A stretch of 32,000 nucleotides of DNA from an uncultured archaeon (GCA_964373795.1 CAYJVY010000007.1:60001-92000); one strand, 5' to 3'; shown: positions 1 through 9,288, numbered from the stretch's first letter. Numbers and translations: made by a program. Notes: generated from the sequence alone by a model not told the origin.

Positions 1-1191
1 AATAAATTAAATAAAGGAGTTATTCCAATTTATGAGCCAGGATTGAAAGAATTAGTTGATAGAAGTGTTCGAGAAAAAAGATTGTTTTTTTCTATTGATG
101 CTGATTCAAGTATTCAAAAATCTGGAGTAATTTTTATTGCAGTTGGAACTCCTCAAGGAAGTAAAGGAAAAGCTGATTTAACTAGTATATTCAATGTTGC
201 TGAAAGAATTGGTCAAAACTTGAATGAATATAAAGTTGTTGTAGTGAAGTCTACAGTGCCTGTTGGAACAACTGAAAAAGTAAGGCAATTAATTAAAAAA
301 AATTCTTTAAATAAAAATGGGTTCGATGTTGTCTCTAATCCAGAGTTTTTAAGGGAAGGCGAAGCAGTAAACGATTTTTTGTTTCCAGATAGAGTTGTAA
401 TTGGAGTTGAAAGTGAGAAAGCAAAGAAAAAATTGGAAGAACTTTATAGTGGAATTGTTCGAATTAAAAGGCCTTTAATTATAACTGATGTGAAAAGTGC
501 TGAAATGATTAAATATGCTGCTAATTCTATGCTTGCAACAAGAATTTCTTTTATGAATGAAATTGCTCGTTTGTGTGAAAAAGTTGGAGCAGACGTTAAA
601 ATTGTTTCAAAAGGAATTGGCTTGGATTCAAGGATTGGGCCAAGATTTTTGCAAGCAGGAGCAGGTTATGGTGGGAGTTGTTTTCCAAAGGATGTTCAAG
701 CTTTTATTAAAACAGCTGAGGAGAATGGAATTGAATTCAAAATTTTAAAAGCAGTTGAAAAAGTAAATGAAGAGCAAAAAAAGTCTTTGTTTGAAAAATT
801 GAAGAAATTTATTCCAAATTTGAATGGAAAAAAAATTGCGTTATGTGGTTTAGCTTTCAAGCCTAAAACTGATGACATTAGAGAAGCTCCTGCGCTTACT
901 TTAATTAATCAATTATTAAATGAAGGAGCAATTGTTCAAGCCTTTGATCCTGAAGCAGAAAATAATATAAAAAAAGTTTTTCCTCAAATAAAGTGTTGTT
1001 CAACTCCTTATAATGCTCTTGAAGGTTGTTCTGCATTAGTAATTGTAACAGAATGGAATGAATTTAGAAACCTAGATAAAGAAAAAATTAAATCCTTATT
1101 ACTTGAACCAGTAATTGTGGATGGAAGAAATGTTTACGAGCCAAAAGAAATGAAAGAATTGGGGTTTAAGTATGTTGGAATTGGAAGGTGA
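1..1191 (+). CDS. ugd: UDP-glucose 6-dehydrogenase, 5' end cut by window edge
   Basis: The frame is open from nt 1 (NKLNKGVIPIYEPGLKELV...), so the TTG at 43 in the ORF track is not the true start. Catalytic-Cys motif GGSCFPKD and C-terminal stretch GLAFKPKTDDIREAP are present. TGA stop at 1189-1191. Confidence 0.9.
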   Translation, partial: NKLNKGVIPIYEPGLKELVDRSVREKRLFFSIDADSSIQKSGVIFIAVGTPQGSKGKADLTSIFNVAERIGQNLNEYKVVVVKSTVPVGTTEKVRQLIKKNSLNKNGFDVVSNPEFLREGEAVNDFLFPDRVVIGVESEKAKKKLEELYSGIVRIKRPLIITDVKSAEMIKYAANSMLATRISFMNEIARLCEKVGADVKIVSKGIGLDSRIGPRFLQAGAGYGGSCFPKDVQAFIKTAEENGIEFKILKAVEKVNEEQKKSLFEKLKKFIPNLNGKKIALCGLAFKPKTDDIREAPALTLINQLLNEGAIVQAFDPEAENNIKKVFPQIKCCSTPYNALEGCSALVIVTEWNEFRNLDKEKIKSLLLEPVIVDGRNVYEPKEMKELGFKYVGIGR

Positions 1192-1195
1192 ATAG

Positions 1196-1993
1196 TTGAA
1201 AGCAATTTTATTGGCTGCAGGTTATGCTACTAGAATGTATCCATTAACCTTGAATACTCCTAAGGCTTTGCTTAAAATTGGAGAAAAAACTATTATTGAC
1301 TTCATTATTGAAAAGTTATTAGAAATAGATGTTGATGAAATCTTTATTGTTTCAAATGAAAAATTTTATCCAGAGTTTATTAAATGGAAGGAAAACAGTA
1401 ATTATTCCATTCCAATTCAGGTTTTCAATGATCAAACCAAATCAAATGATGATAAATTGGGTTCTATTGGAGACATTGATTTTGTATTAAAAAAAACAAA
1501 TTTATTTGACAAATTTCTTGTAATTAATGCTGATAACTTGTTTGATTTTAGTTTAATTGAAGTATTTAATTTTTTTAAGAAAAAAAATAAATGTGTTATT
1601 GGATTATATGATGTTGGTTGGCTTGAAGAAGCAAAAAAATTGGGGGTTGTAGAAATTGATAAAAACAATAAATTAATTGGGTTTGAAGAAAAACCGGAAA
1701 ACCCTTCATCTACTTTAGCTTCGACTGGAATTTATTTCTTTCCACCAAATATTGGTGAATTAATCAGGCAATATTTAGAAGAAGGAAATAACCCTGACAA
1801 GTCAGGAAAATTTATTGACTGGCTTTATCAAAGAGAGCCAGTGTATGGAATAGTTTTCAAAGGAAAATGGTTTGATATTGGTTCTTTAGAGTCTTTTGAG
1901 CAGGCAAAAAAAGAGTTTTTAAACAAGACTTCAATGTCAGAAAAAGTTGTAGTTTTAGATGACAAGGAAAAAAGCGGAAGTTTTTTTGATTAA
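1196..1993 (+). CDS. sugar-1-phosphate nucleotidyltransferase (UDP/dTDP-glucose pyrophosphorylase-like)
   Basis: N-terminal nucleotidyltransferase signature ILLAAGYATRMYPLTLNTPKALLKIG, with FEEKPENP and WFDIGS motifs downstream. TTG start 5 nt after the ugd stop, with GGAAGGTGA upstream. Confidence 0.75.
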   Translation: MKAILLAAGYATRMYPLTLNTPKALLKIGEKTIIDFIIEKLLEIDVDEIFIVSNEKFYPEFIKWKENSNYSIPIQVFNDQTKSNDDKLGSIGDIDFVLKKTNLFDKFLVINADNLFDFSLIEVFNFFKKKNKCVIGLYDVGWLEEAKKLGVVEIDKNNKLIGFEEKPENPSSTLASTGIYFFPPNIGELIRQYLEEGNNPDKSGKFIDWLYQREPVYGIVFKGKWFDIGSLESFEQAKKEFLNKTSMSEKVVVLDDKEKSGSFFD

Positions 1994-2037
1994 CTTTTTG
2001 GAGAAATAAAAATGGGTTTAAAAAATTTAAAATTTTT

Positions 2038-2050
2038 TAAAACTTTAAAA
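2038..2050 (+). promoter_or_regulatory. BRE/TATA-like box TAAAACTTTAAAA upstream of the phosphohexomutase gene
   Basis: It ends 18 nt before the ATG at 2069 and shares the AAAACTTTAA core with the other boxes. Confidence 0.3.
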
Positions 2051-2068
2051 TTCCGGGAGGAATTTTAA

Positions 2069-3412
2069 ATGGAGTTTAAAGTTTTTAAAGCATACGATAT
2101 TCGAGGAATTTATCCGAATGAATTAAATGAAGAAATGGCTTTCAAAATAGGTCAAGCATTTGTTCAATTCTTGAATTGCAAAAACGTTGTAGTTGGAAGA
2201 GACATGCGTTTAAGCTCTCCTTCCTTATTTGATTCTCTTGTAAAAGGAATTACTTTTCAAGGAGCAAACGTAATTTACATTGGTTTAAGCACTACTCCTA
2301 TGATGTATTTTGCTGTTGCAAAACATAGATTTGAATCAGGAATTAATATTACTGCTTCACACAATCCAAAAGAATTTAATGGATTTAAATTAGTTCGCGA
2401 GAAAGCAATTCCTTTAAATTGGGATACTGGAATTCAAGATATTAGAAAATTAATTGAAGAAAACAAAGTTTTGCAAGGTAATACAAAAGGAAAAATAATT
2501 AAAAAACAAAATTTAGTTCAAGAATATGTTGAACATGCATTAAATTTAATTGGCTCTGATTTGAATTTTAGTTCTTTTATAGTAGTTGTTGATACAGCTA
2601 ATGCAATGGCTGGAATTGTTGCTCCACAATTTTTTTCAAAACTTAAATGTAAATTAATTCCTCTTTATTTTGATTTAAATGGAGAGTTTCCAAATCATGA
2701 AGCAAACCCATTAAAAGAAGAAACATTGCAGGACTTAAAACAAAAAGTTTTATCTGAAAAAGCTAATTTAGGAATAGCATTTGACGGGGATGCAGATAGA
2801 GTTGTTTTTTTAGATGAAAAAGGCAATGTCCTTCAAGGAGATTTAATTACTGCATTGATTTCTGAATATTTATTGAAAAAGTTTCCTGGAGAAAAAATAA
2901 TGTATGATTTAAGGTCAAGTTGGATTGTAAAAGAAACCATTGAAGCAAATGGTGGGAAACCAATTATTTATAGAGTTGGACATGCATTTATTAAGCAAAA
3001 AATGCGTGAAGAAAATGCTTTATTTGCTGGAGAGCTTTCATCCCACTTTTATTTAAGGAGTGATTTTTTTGTTGAATCTCCTTTTGTAGTAGTTGGATTT
3101 GTTTTAAGTTTAATGAAACACGAAAACAAAAAACTTTCAGAATTAATTGCACCATTACAAAAATATTTTCAGTCAGGAGAAATTAATTCAACAGTTAAAG
3201 ATAAAGATGTTGTATTAAAAAAATTAGGGAAAAATTATTCTAATGCAAAAAAGATTTTTTACTTAGATGGTTTAAGCATTGAATTCAATGATTGGTGGTT
3301 TAATGTTCGCCCTTCAAACACTGAACCTGCACTTAGATTGAATTTGGAAGCCAAAACAAAGCAATTGATGGAGCAAAAAGTTCAAGAGGTTTTAAATTTA
3401 ATCAGATCCTAA
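2069..3412 (+). CDS. phosphoglucomutase/phosphomannomutase
   Basis: Active-site serine loop [13 protein letters not shown], metal-binding loop FDGDADR, sugar-binding GELSSHF and C-terminal RPSNTEP. GGAGG lies 8 nt upstream of the ATG. Confidence 0.9.
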   Translation: MEFKVFKAYDIRGIYPNELNEEMAFKIGQAFVQFLNCKNVVVGRDMRLSSPSLFDSLVKGITFQGANVIYIGLSTTPMMYFAVAKHRFESGINITASHNPKEFNGFKLVREKAIPLNWDTGIQDIRKLIEENKVLQGNTKGKIIKKQNLVQEYVEHALNLIGSDLNFSSFIVVVDTANAMAGIVAPQFFSKLKCKLIPLYFDLNGEFPNHEANPLKEETLQDLKQKVLSEKANLGIAFDGDADRVVFLDEKGNVLQGDLITALISEYLLKKFPGEKIMYDLRSSWIVKETIEANGGKPIIYRVGHAFIKQKMREENALFAGELSSHFYLRSDFFVESPFVVVGFVLSLMKHENKKLSELIAPLQKYFQSGEINSTVKDKDVVLKKLGKNYSNAKKIFYLDGLSIEFNDWWFNVRPSNTEPALRLNLEAKTKQLMEQKVQEVLNLIRS

Positions 3413-3426
3413 GAAAGGTATTTTTT

Positions 3427-4356
3427 ATGAAAACAATTTTAGTTACAGGCGGAGCAGGATTTATTGGAAGCCATTTATGTGAAGCATTGCTTTCGCAGGG
3501 CCACAAAGTAATTTGTGTTGACAACTTTATTACTGGTTCAAAAAAAAATATAAATCACTTGTTTTCAAATAAAAATTTTTCCTTAATTGAACAAGATATT
3601 TGCAAGCCACTTGAATTAAAGGAAAAAGTTCATGAAATTTATAATTTGGCTTCAATTGCTTCTCCAAAATTTTATTATAAGTATCCCATTGAAACTCTAC
3701 TGGTTGGCTCTGTTGGGGTAAAAAACATGTTGGATTTGGCTTTAAAAAACAATGCAAAGTTTTTGCATTCCTCTACTTCAGAGATTTATGGTGATCCTTT
3801 ACAGCATCCACAAACTGAAAGTTATTGGGGAAATGTTAATCCAATTGGTGAAAGATCTTGTTATGATGAATCAAAAAGATTTGCAGAAACATTAATAATG
3901 ACTTATCATAGAAAACATTGTTTGAGTTCAAGAATTGTTCGCATTTTCAACACATATGGCCCTAAAATGAGTGAAGGAGATGGAAGAGTTATTCCAAACT
4001 TTATTTCTCAAGCTTTAAGCAATAAACCTTTAACTGTTTATGGTGATGGCTCTCAAACTCGAAGTTTTTGCTATATAGATGACTTAGTTGAAGGCCTTGT
4101 TAAAGCAATGAATTCTGAATATAATTTGCCAATTAATTTAGGCAATCCAAATGAGACAACTATTCTTGAACTAGCAAAAAAAATAATTAAGTTAACTGAT
4201 TCTAAATCTAAAATTAATTTTCTGCCTTTACCTAAAGACGATCCAGCGAAACGCAAACCCGATACTTCTTTAGCAAAAAAAGAATTAAATTGGCAACCAA
4301 AAATTTCTTTAGAAGAAGGTCTTAAAAGATTGTCACATCAAATATCATCTACTTAG
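3427..4356 (+). CDS. uxs: UDP-glucuronate decarboxylase (UDP-xylose synthase) type SDR
   Basis: [12 protein letters not shown] Rossmann motif, catalytic YDESKRFAE and [19 protein letters not shown], typical of the UXS/ArnA-decarboxylase clade. It follows ugd in the same operon. TAG stop at 4354-4356. Confidence 0.8.
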   Translation: MKTILVTGGAGFIGSHLCEALLSQGHKVICVDNFITGSKKNINHLFSNKNFSLIEQDICKPLELKEKVHEIYNLASIASPKFYYKYPIETLLVGSVGVKNMLDLALKNNAKFLHSSTSEIYGDPLQHPQTESYWGNVNPIGERSCYDESKRFAETLIMTYHRKHCLSSRIVRIFNTYGPKMSEGDGRVIPNFISQALSNKPLTVYGDGSQTRSFCYIDDLVEGLVKAMNSEYNLPINLGNPNETTILELAKKIIKLTDSKSKINFLPLPKDDPAKRKPDTSLAKKELNWQPKISLEEGLKRLSHQISST

Positions 4357-4361
4357 AAGGT

Positions 4362-5067
4362 ATGTTAGTGAAAGAAAAACCTTTTGCAGTTATTATTCCA
4401 ACCTATAATGAAGCAAATAATGTTGGTAAATTGATTTCTTTAATTTTTCAACAAAAAATAAACGTTAGATTAATTGTAGTGGATGATGATTCTCCTGATT
4501 TAACTTGGAAAATTGTAAGAAAATTGAATGATAGAAAAATAAAAGTTGTGAGAAGAATTAATGAAAAAGGAGTCGGCAGAGCAATTTTAGACGGAATTAA
4601 AAAATCTAAGGGAGGGTTAATTCTTTGGATGGATTGTGATTTTGGCATGCGTTCTAAATATATTCCAAAGATGCTGAAAGAAATAAAATATTAGGATATT
4701 GTAGTTGGTTCCAGATATGTTAAAGGTGGAATGGATAATAGAGATTTTATTAGAAAATTATCTAGTTATATAATAAATTTTTTAGCAAACATTGTTTTGG
4801 AACTTATGGTTTTAGATTATACCACTGGTTTTGTTTTAGCAAAAAAACAGGTTTTTAAAAATGTTTCTTTTGATTCGGCTGGACATGGAGAATATTGTAT
4901 TGAATTTTTATACAAAGCAAAAAAACAAGGTTTTAAGTTGAAAGAAATTCTTTATGATTAATGAAAGAAGGGTAGGACAGTCCAAAACAACTAGATATAT
5001 TTTTTCAATATTTCTACATACATTCAATTATATCAAAAGAATCATCAAAATAAGATTTAACCTTTAA
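4362..5067 (+). pseudogene. Dpm1-like family 2 glycosyltransferase, disrupted (in-frame TAG plus frameshift)
   Basis: The N-terminal part reads AVIIPTYNEANNV...VVDDDSPD...WMDCDF. An in-frame TAG sits at 4692-4694, directly before the conserved DIVVGSRYVKGG. The frame changes near 4948-4953, and the conserved C-terminal NERRVGQSK is only readable in frame 1 (4954-5067). Confidence 0.8.
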
Positions 5068-5094
5068 TGGCGTTTAAAATCTTTATACTGGAGG

Positions 5095-5747
5095 TTAGTG
5101 GGAAATATATCCCACAGCAATTGCATTGGCACAAGAATATGGCGCAGAATATTTTAAATTTTGAATATCCTCCAGTGTAACTTCTTTCCAAATGTTCCAA
5201 TGGGAAATTCTTTTTAAGTAATATTGTGAGGTGAATCCAATTCTTTTATTCTTAATAGCGACATCAAGATTTGGGTTATATCCAAGTGGAATTGTTACAA
5301 AAATTTTTCCACGCTTTTTTAAATGTTTTTTTAACTTTTTTATTGCTCTAAAAATTTTTTTTGGTTCTTTTGGAGTTTCATCAAATCCAATATGTTCTAA
5401 AGTGGAAACACTAATTATTAAATCATATTTTTTTTAGGCTTGAAATTAACTATGTCTTCGTTAATTACTCCTTCAGCTTTTTCATATTTATCAACAATGT
5501 CATGTTTAAATGGAAAATATTGTGATAAAACATTACCAACTTCTAAAATATTGCCTTTTTGGCAAGAATGAATCTCACTTAATGCAAGTGGGATTTCTAC
5601 AGCTCTTTCATTTCTCCACACCATATTAAGCCAATTACAACAGTACTTATATTTTTTATTCCTAAAAATAAAACTAGGGCCAATGATTTTATATAAGAAA
5701 AAAAAAGATCTAAGAATTAAATATTTAATATTTAAAAATAATGTCAT
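5095..5747 (-). pseudogene. class I SAM-dependent methyltransferase-like gene, frameshifted at a homopolymer
   Basis: The upstream part (5418-5747) ends ...NEDIVNFKPKKNMI*. Shifting frame at the A8 run (T8 on the plus strand, 5428-5435) continues as YDLIISVSTLEHIGFDETPKEP...GKIFVTIPLGYNP... to a stop at 5095-5097. The plus-strand ORF 5231-5437 is its antisense shadow. Confidence 0.7.
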
Positions 5748-5783
5748 ACTTTTAATTAGATTATTAAATATTTAAAAATGTAG

Positions 5784-5882
5784 TCACGATTTCTTGTAAA
5801 AAAGTGTTTCCTATTTGTAAACAATAGATATGTTTCTTTAGAAGAAGGATTAAAGAAGTTAATTAAAGAAAGAAATTTTTGA
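5784..5882 (+). pseudogene. orphan C-terminal remnant of an SDR epimerase/dehydratase
   Basis: A short stop-to-stop frame ends ...YVSLEEGLKKLIKERNF*. This resembles the C-terminal SLEEGLKRL of the UXS gene at 3427-4356 and GLKKTIEW of rfbB. No start codon or upstream SDR body is present. Confidence 0.35.
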
Positions 5883-6024
5883 TGACCGTCTTACTGAAGA
5901 TTGTATGTGAAGCAATTACAGAGAATATAGTAAAAAATGGGATTTAATCGAAAACTGGTTCATTTCGTTATTACTTAAATTTAAAATACTTTCAAAGAAA
6001 TAATCATTCTATTAAGTGGTTTGA

Positions 6025-6447
6025 ATGAAAGAACAAATTAAAGATTTGAAAGTTTTTTTGGATGATCGCGGAAGTTTGTTTGAAGCTTTAAGAGTTGATG
6101 ATAAAATTTTTGACACTGAATTTGCCCAATTAACTGTTGCAACTGTTTTTCCTGGAGTTGTAAAAGCATGGCATAGGCATCAAAAACAAACCGATTTTAT
6201 GGTTTGTGTGAAAGGAAACATTAAATTATGCTTAACTGAGAATGGTAAAGACATTAGAACATATTTTTTAGGAGAAAAAAATCCAATTTTAATTAAGATT
6301 CCAAAAAAACTTTGGCACGGATATATTTGTATTGGAGATCAATCAGCAATAGTTCTTTATGTAACAAATCAAACATATAATAAAGAAGATGAAGAAAGAT
6401 TAGATTGGCAAGCATTTGGAGATGTTTGGGCTATTAAAAACAAATGA
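6025..6447 (+). CDS. short RmlC-like cupin (dTDP-4-dehydrorhamnose 3,5-epimerase-related)
   Basis: FLDDRGSLFE followed by KAWHRHQKQTDFMVCVKGNIKL resembles the RmlC RG-F-E / GLH-Q...LV-C-G motifs. At 140 aa it is shorter than classical RmlC. Confidence 0.6.
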   Translation: MKEQIKDLKVFLDDRGSLFEALRVDDKIFDTEFAQLTVATVFPGVVKAWHRHQKQTDFMVCVKGNIKLCLTENGKDIRTYFLGEKNPILIKIPKKLWHGYICIGDQSAIVLYVTNQTYNKEDEERLDWQAFGDVWAIKNK

Positions 6448-6456
6448 GGTTAATTT

Positions 6457-8256
6457 TTGATGGACTTTAAAAAATTAGAAACCTTTCTTCTTTTAAAAAA
6501 AAACACTTTTTTACTATTTTTTATAATTTTACTTTATTTATTTTTATTTTTAAATCATTTTTCGACTTTATTTTTTGATGATTTAGGTTTTGATTTTGCA
6601 GGTTATGCACAAAGATATCATTTTGCTTTTCGCGGTTGGGTTCATGAGCTATTAAATGGGGTTCCAGCTTCAACTTTCGATCCTTTTTTGCCTGCTTTAC
6701 TGCCACTATTTATCAAATCTTTTGGATTTGGTTCCTTTACTTTGCCTATTTCAATTAGCTTACTTTTAGTGAAATTATTAATTCCATTAATTTTTGGTTT
6801 TATTGCTTTAAAGCTTGGGAAAAACAAGTTTTTTGGAGTTTTGCTTGGATTAATTTTTGTTTTAAATCCAATTACATTTAATTTTTTAAATAGATATTAT
6901 GAATTGGTTTCATGGATGTTTTTTATTTTAGCATTTTACTTTATTTATGTTTTTTTGGAATCAAAGGAATTCAATAAAAAATATTTCATTTTGTCAATTC
7001 TTTTTACAACTTTATCTTCTTTAAGTCATTTAAGTTCACTTTTTTTTCTTTTAAGTTCATCAATTTTTTTAATTACTTCTTTAAAGGACTTAAAAAAAGT
7101 TTTAAGTATTTACATTTTTTCTTTTCTTATTGGAGCGTTTTGGTTTATCCCATTTTTATCTTACATAAATTTCTCTGTTTTAATTAATTTAACTGGAAGT
7201 AAATTGAAAACCTTTGGAATAATTTCTTCAAGCGTTTTCCTTATAATTATTTTATTTATTTTATTGTTTTGGCTTAATACTGTAAAAGGCAAAACATCTA
7301 GATTAAGAAATTTTGTTTTAGGTATTTTAGTTTTATCTTTGGCTCAATTTTTTTTCAGTGAGTTTTCACTAATTAACAAACCATTTATTCACAGTTACCA
7401 TGTTTTTTACATTTTTGCAATTATTTTTGTTTTACTTAATTATTTTAATTTAAGTCTTTTAACTAAAAAAAATATTGCAGTTTTTGTAATTCTTTTTTTT
7501 GTTCCAACAATCTTTTTGTGGCCAAAGATTTCCGAACAATACTTTCAACTTCAACCAAGATTAAGCAATTATTCTATTTATAATGAAAAAATCGATTTTA
7601 GTGAAATTGATTTAATTCTTCAAAGAATTCCAAAAAATGTCAGGTATGAATCTTTTCCTTATGATCCAATTATTTCATCTTATTCTTCCACTAAATATGG
7701 TTTGATGAATTTGTTTGGATGGGGTTACAATGCATATCATATAAAAAATAGCTATAAAGCTCCTGAAGAACTGTTAGATCCTATAAAAACAACCTGTGAA
7801 GACCTGCAAAAATACGTTAAATTCAATGCATTAAAATATTTAATTGTTTTAAATAATTCTGCTTTTAATAAGTCAGTTGAATGTGGATTTAAAGAAATTC
7901 ACAAAGATGGAAAGGTTTTACTTGTTGAGTGGCCAGAAGAAGTTAGTTTAATTGAAAATGGAGAATTATTAGAGTTAAAAGAAAATTTCATTAAATTTGA
8001 AGCTAATCCTCCTTTAACTAAAATGAAAATGAGTTTTTTTCCTCGTTGGAACGCTTATATTGAAGGAAAAAAATTAGAAATAAAAAATGCAAATCCTGGA
8101 ATGCAAATGGAAATTTATTCATCTTCAATTGTTGAATTAAGATATGAAAAAACTTTGATTGATTTGATTGGGGTTACATTGTCAATAATTTCTTTGCTTG
8201 GGTTAATTTTTTATTGGTTTTTTGGACTGCCTAAAATTGAAAGACTAATGCAGTAA
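6457..8256 (+). CDS. polytopic membrane protein, GT-C-like glycosyltransferase / oligosaccharyltransferase candidate
   Basis: There are about 13 hydrophobic segments over residues 1-350. An acidic first loop (FFDDLGFDFAGY) follows TM1. A soluble domain of about 210 aa contains LFGWGYNAYHI, and there is a final C-terminal TM. The likely start is the ATG at 6460 (TTG at 6457). Confidence 0.5.
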   Translation: MMDFKKLETFLLLKKNTFLLFFIILLYLFLFLNHFSTLFFDDLGFDFAGYAQRYHFAFRGWVHELLNGVPASTFDPFLPALLPLFIKSFGFGSFTLPISISLLLVKLLIPLIFGFIALKLGKNKFFGVLLGLIFVLNPITFNFLNRYYELVSWMFFILAFYFIYVFLESKEFNKKYFILSILFTTLSSLSHLSSLFFLLSSSIFLITSLKDLKKVLSIYIFSFLIGAFWFIPFLSYINFSVLINLTGSKLKTFGIISSSVFLIIILFILLFWLNTVKGKTSRLRNFVLGILVLSLAQFFFSEFSLINKPFIHSYHVFYIFAIIFVLLNYFNLSLLTKKNIAVFVILFFVPTIFLWPKISEQYFQLQPRLSNYSIYNEKIDFSEIDLILQRIPKNVRYESFPYDPIISSYSSTKYGLMNLFGWGYNAYHIKNSYKAPEELLDPIKTTCEDLQKYVKFNALKYLIVLNNSAFNKSVECGFKEIHKDGKVLLVEWPEEVSLIENGELLELKENFIKFEANPPLTKMKMSFFPRWNAYIEGKKLEIKNANPGMQMEIYSSSIVELRYEKTLIDLIGVTLSIISLLGLIFYWFFGLPKIERLMQ

Positions 8257-9177
8257 AATTAATGCCCACATTTCAAAACCTGTTTTCAAGCCTTTAATTA
8301 TGTCACTTCCAACTCCTTTGCTTTCTCCAATTCTTTTCTTGAAAGTGATTGGAATTTCAATTACTCGTAAATCGTTTTTTAATGCAATTAAAATCATGTG
8401 AGGAGAAAAAGAATTTCCAGTTACAGTTAATTGATTAATTATTTTGTCTAATGCTTCAGGGCGAATAACTCTAAAAGTTGTTCCAACATCTGTTAATCTT
8501 AATTTATCCCAATAACGTAGTTGAATTAATTTTGACAAAAATAGGTTTCCATATCTAATGAATGGAGTTACTTGTGAATCAGAGTTAACTAATTCTTCAG
8601 TTGTTCGAGTTCCAACAACTATGTCAACATTTTCAATGTATGCAACCAATTTTTTCAAGTCAGCTGAAGAGTAAGTGCAGTCTCCTTCAACCAAGCAAAT
8701 TAAGTTTCCATATTTTCTTGCTTCTTTTAATGCTCTAATGCATGCAGCACCATATCCTTGGGTTGACTCTTTTACTACTATTGCTCCTGCTTTTTTTGCT
8801 TCTAAAGCAGTATTATCAATGCAGTTATTGTCTATTACAATTATCTTTTCCACTTCTTTTAATTGTTTAAAGTCTTTAACTGCTCTTCCAATAGCTTTTT
8901 CATCATTGTATGCAGTCATTCCTATAGAAATTTGTGGGTTTTTAATTGGTTCAAACTTAAATTTTTTTTTATGTGGAAAAAAGATTGTGGGAATAAATAA
9001 ATCCACAAAGACAGCAATAAATGCAATGAATGCGAAAATATTTGCAGCAAAAATTAAGTTGTTTGTTAAAGGAAAATTAACTTTTAATAAAGTTAAAACA
9101 AATGCTAAAAAATATAATATATAAAAAAATATTCCGGCTAAAAAAAAGTGGAAACCATATAAAAGAATTCTTCCCAT
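8245..9177 (-). CDS. membrane-anchored family 2 glycosyltransferase (polyprenyl-phosphate glycosyltransferase-like)
   Basis: Two N-terminal TM segments are followed by a GT2 core: ISIGMTAYNDEKAIG...IIVIDNNCIDNT...LVEGDCTY...VVGTR. Its 3' end overlaps the convergent gene by 12 nt. Confidence 0.8.
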   Translation of the reverse strand: MGRILLYGFHFFLAGIFFYILYFLAFVLTLLKVNFPLTNNLIFAANIFAFIAFIAVFVDLFIPTIFFPHKKKFKFEPIKNPQISIGMTAYNDEKAIGRAVKDFKQLKEVEKIIVIDNNCIDNTALEAKKAGAIVVKESTQGYGAACIRALKEARKYGNLICLVEGDCTYSSADLKKLVAYIENVDIVVGTRTTEELVNSDSQVTPFIRYGNLFLSKLIQLRYWDKLRLTDVGTTFRVIRPEALDKIINQLTVTGNSFSPHMILIALKNDLRVIEIPITFKKRIGESKGVGSDIIKGLKTGFEMWALILLH

Positions 9178-9288
9178 GCAAAACTTAGCTTGACAAACTT
9201 TTTTAAAGATATTTATGTTTCACGAAGAAATAAAAATATTTTCAATCAATTAATCTAATACTTGCTTTTAAATTAATTTAGTGATTTT

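Noticed and set aside
2012-2068. 18-codon ORF (MGLKNLKFFKTLKFREEF) with GGAG upstream and a stop abutting the mutase ATG. It overlaps a perfect AT-only palindrome at 2018-2040 (11-nt arms).
   Set aside because: It is too short and too low in complexity to support as a gene. The palindrome is pure A/T and would be a very weak hairpin. The region is better explained as a promoter/TATA-like spacer. I did not discard it entirely, but there is no positive evidence.
4692-4694. In-frame TAG inside the GT2 gene as possible stop-codon recoding (pyrrolysine or TAG reassignment)
   Set aside because: TAG is the terminator of at least three intact genes in this window (stops at 4354-4356, 27526-27528 and 28169-28171). 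The same GT2 also has an independent frameshift. A nonsense mutation in a pseudogene is the simpler reading.
8245-8256. 12-nt overlap of two convergent genes, and zero-gap convergent stops at 13794/13795, considered as a special regulatory arrangement
   Set aside because: Tight packing of this kind occurs throughout the window and in small streamlined genomes generally. There is no structure or motif at these sites beyond the stop codons.
8675-9124. 149-codon plus-strand ORF, and similar 60-100-codon ORFs in the track (for example 557-748, 1432-1668, 5231-5437, 10409-10660, 11631-11873, 20505-20810, 29647-29907)
   Set aside because: All lie antisense to, or out of frame within, longer ORFs that have clear family motifs. 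Their translations are low-complexity with no recognisable motifs. Such shadow ORFs are expected in AT-rich DNA where stop codons are depleted on the antisense strand of genes.
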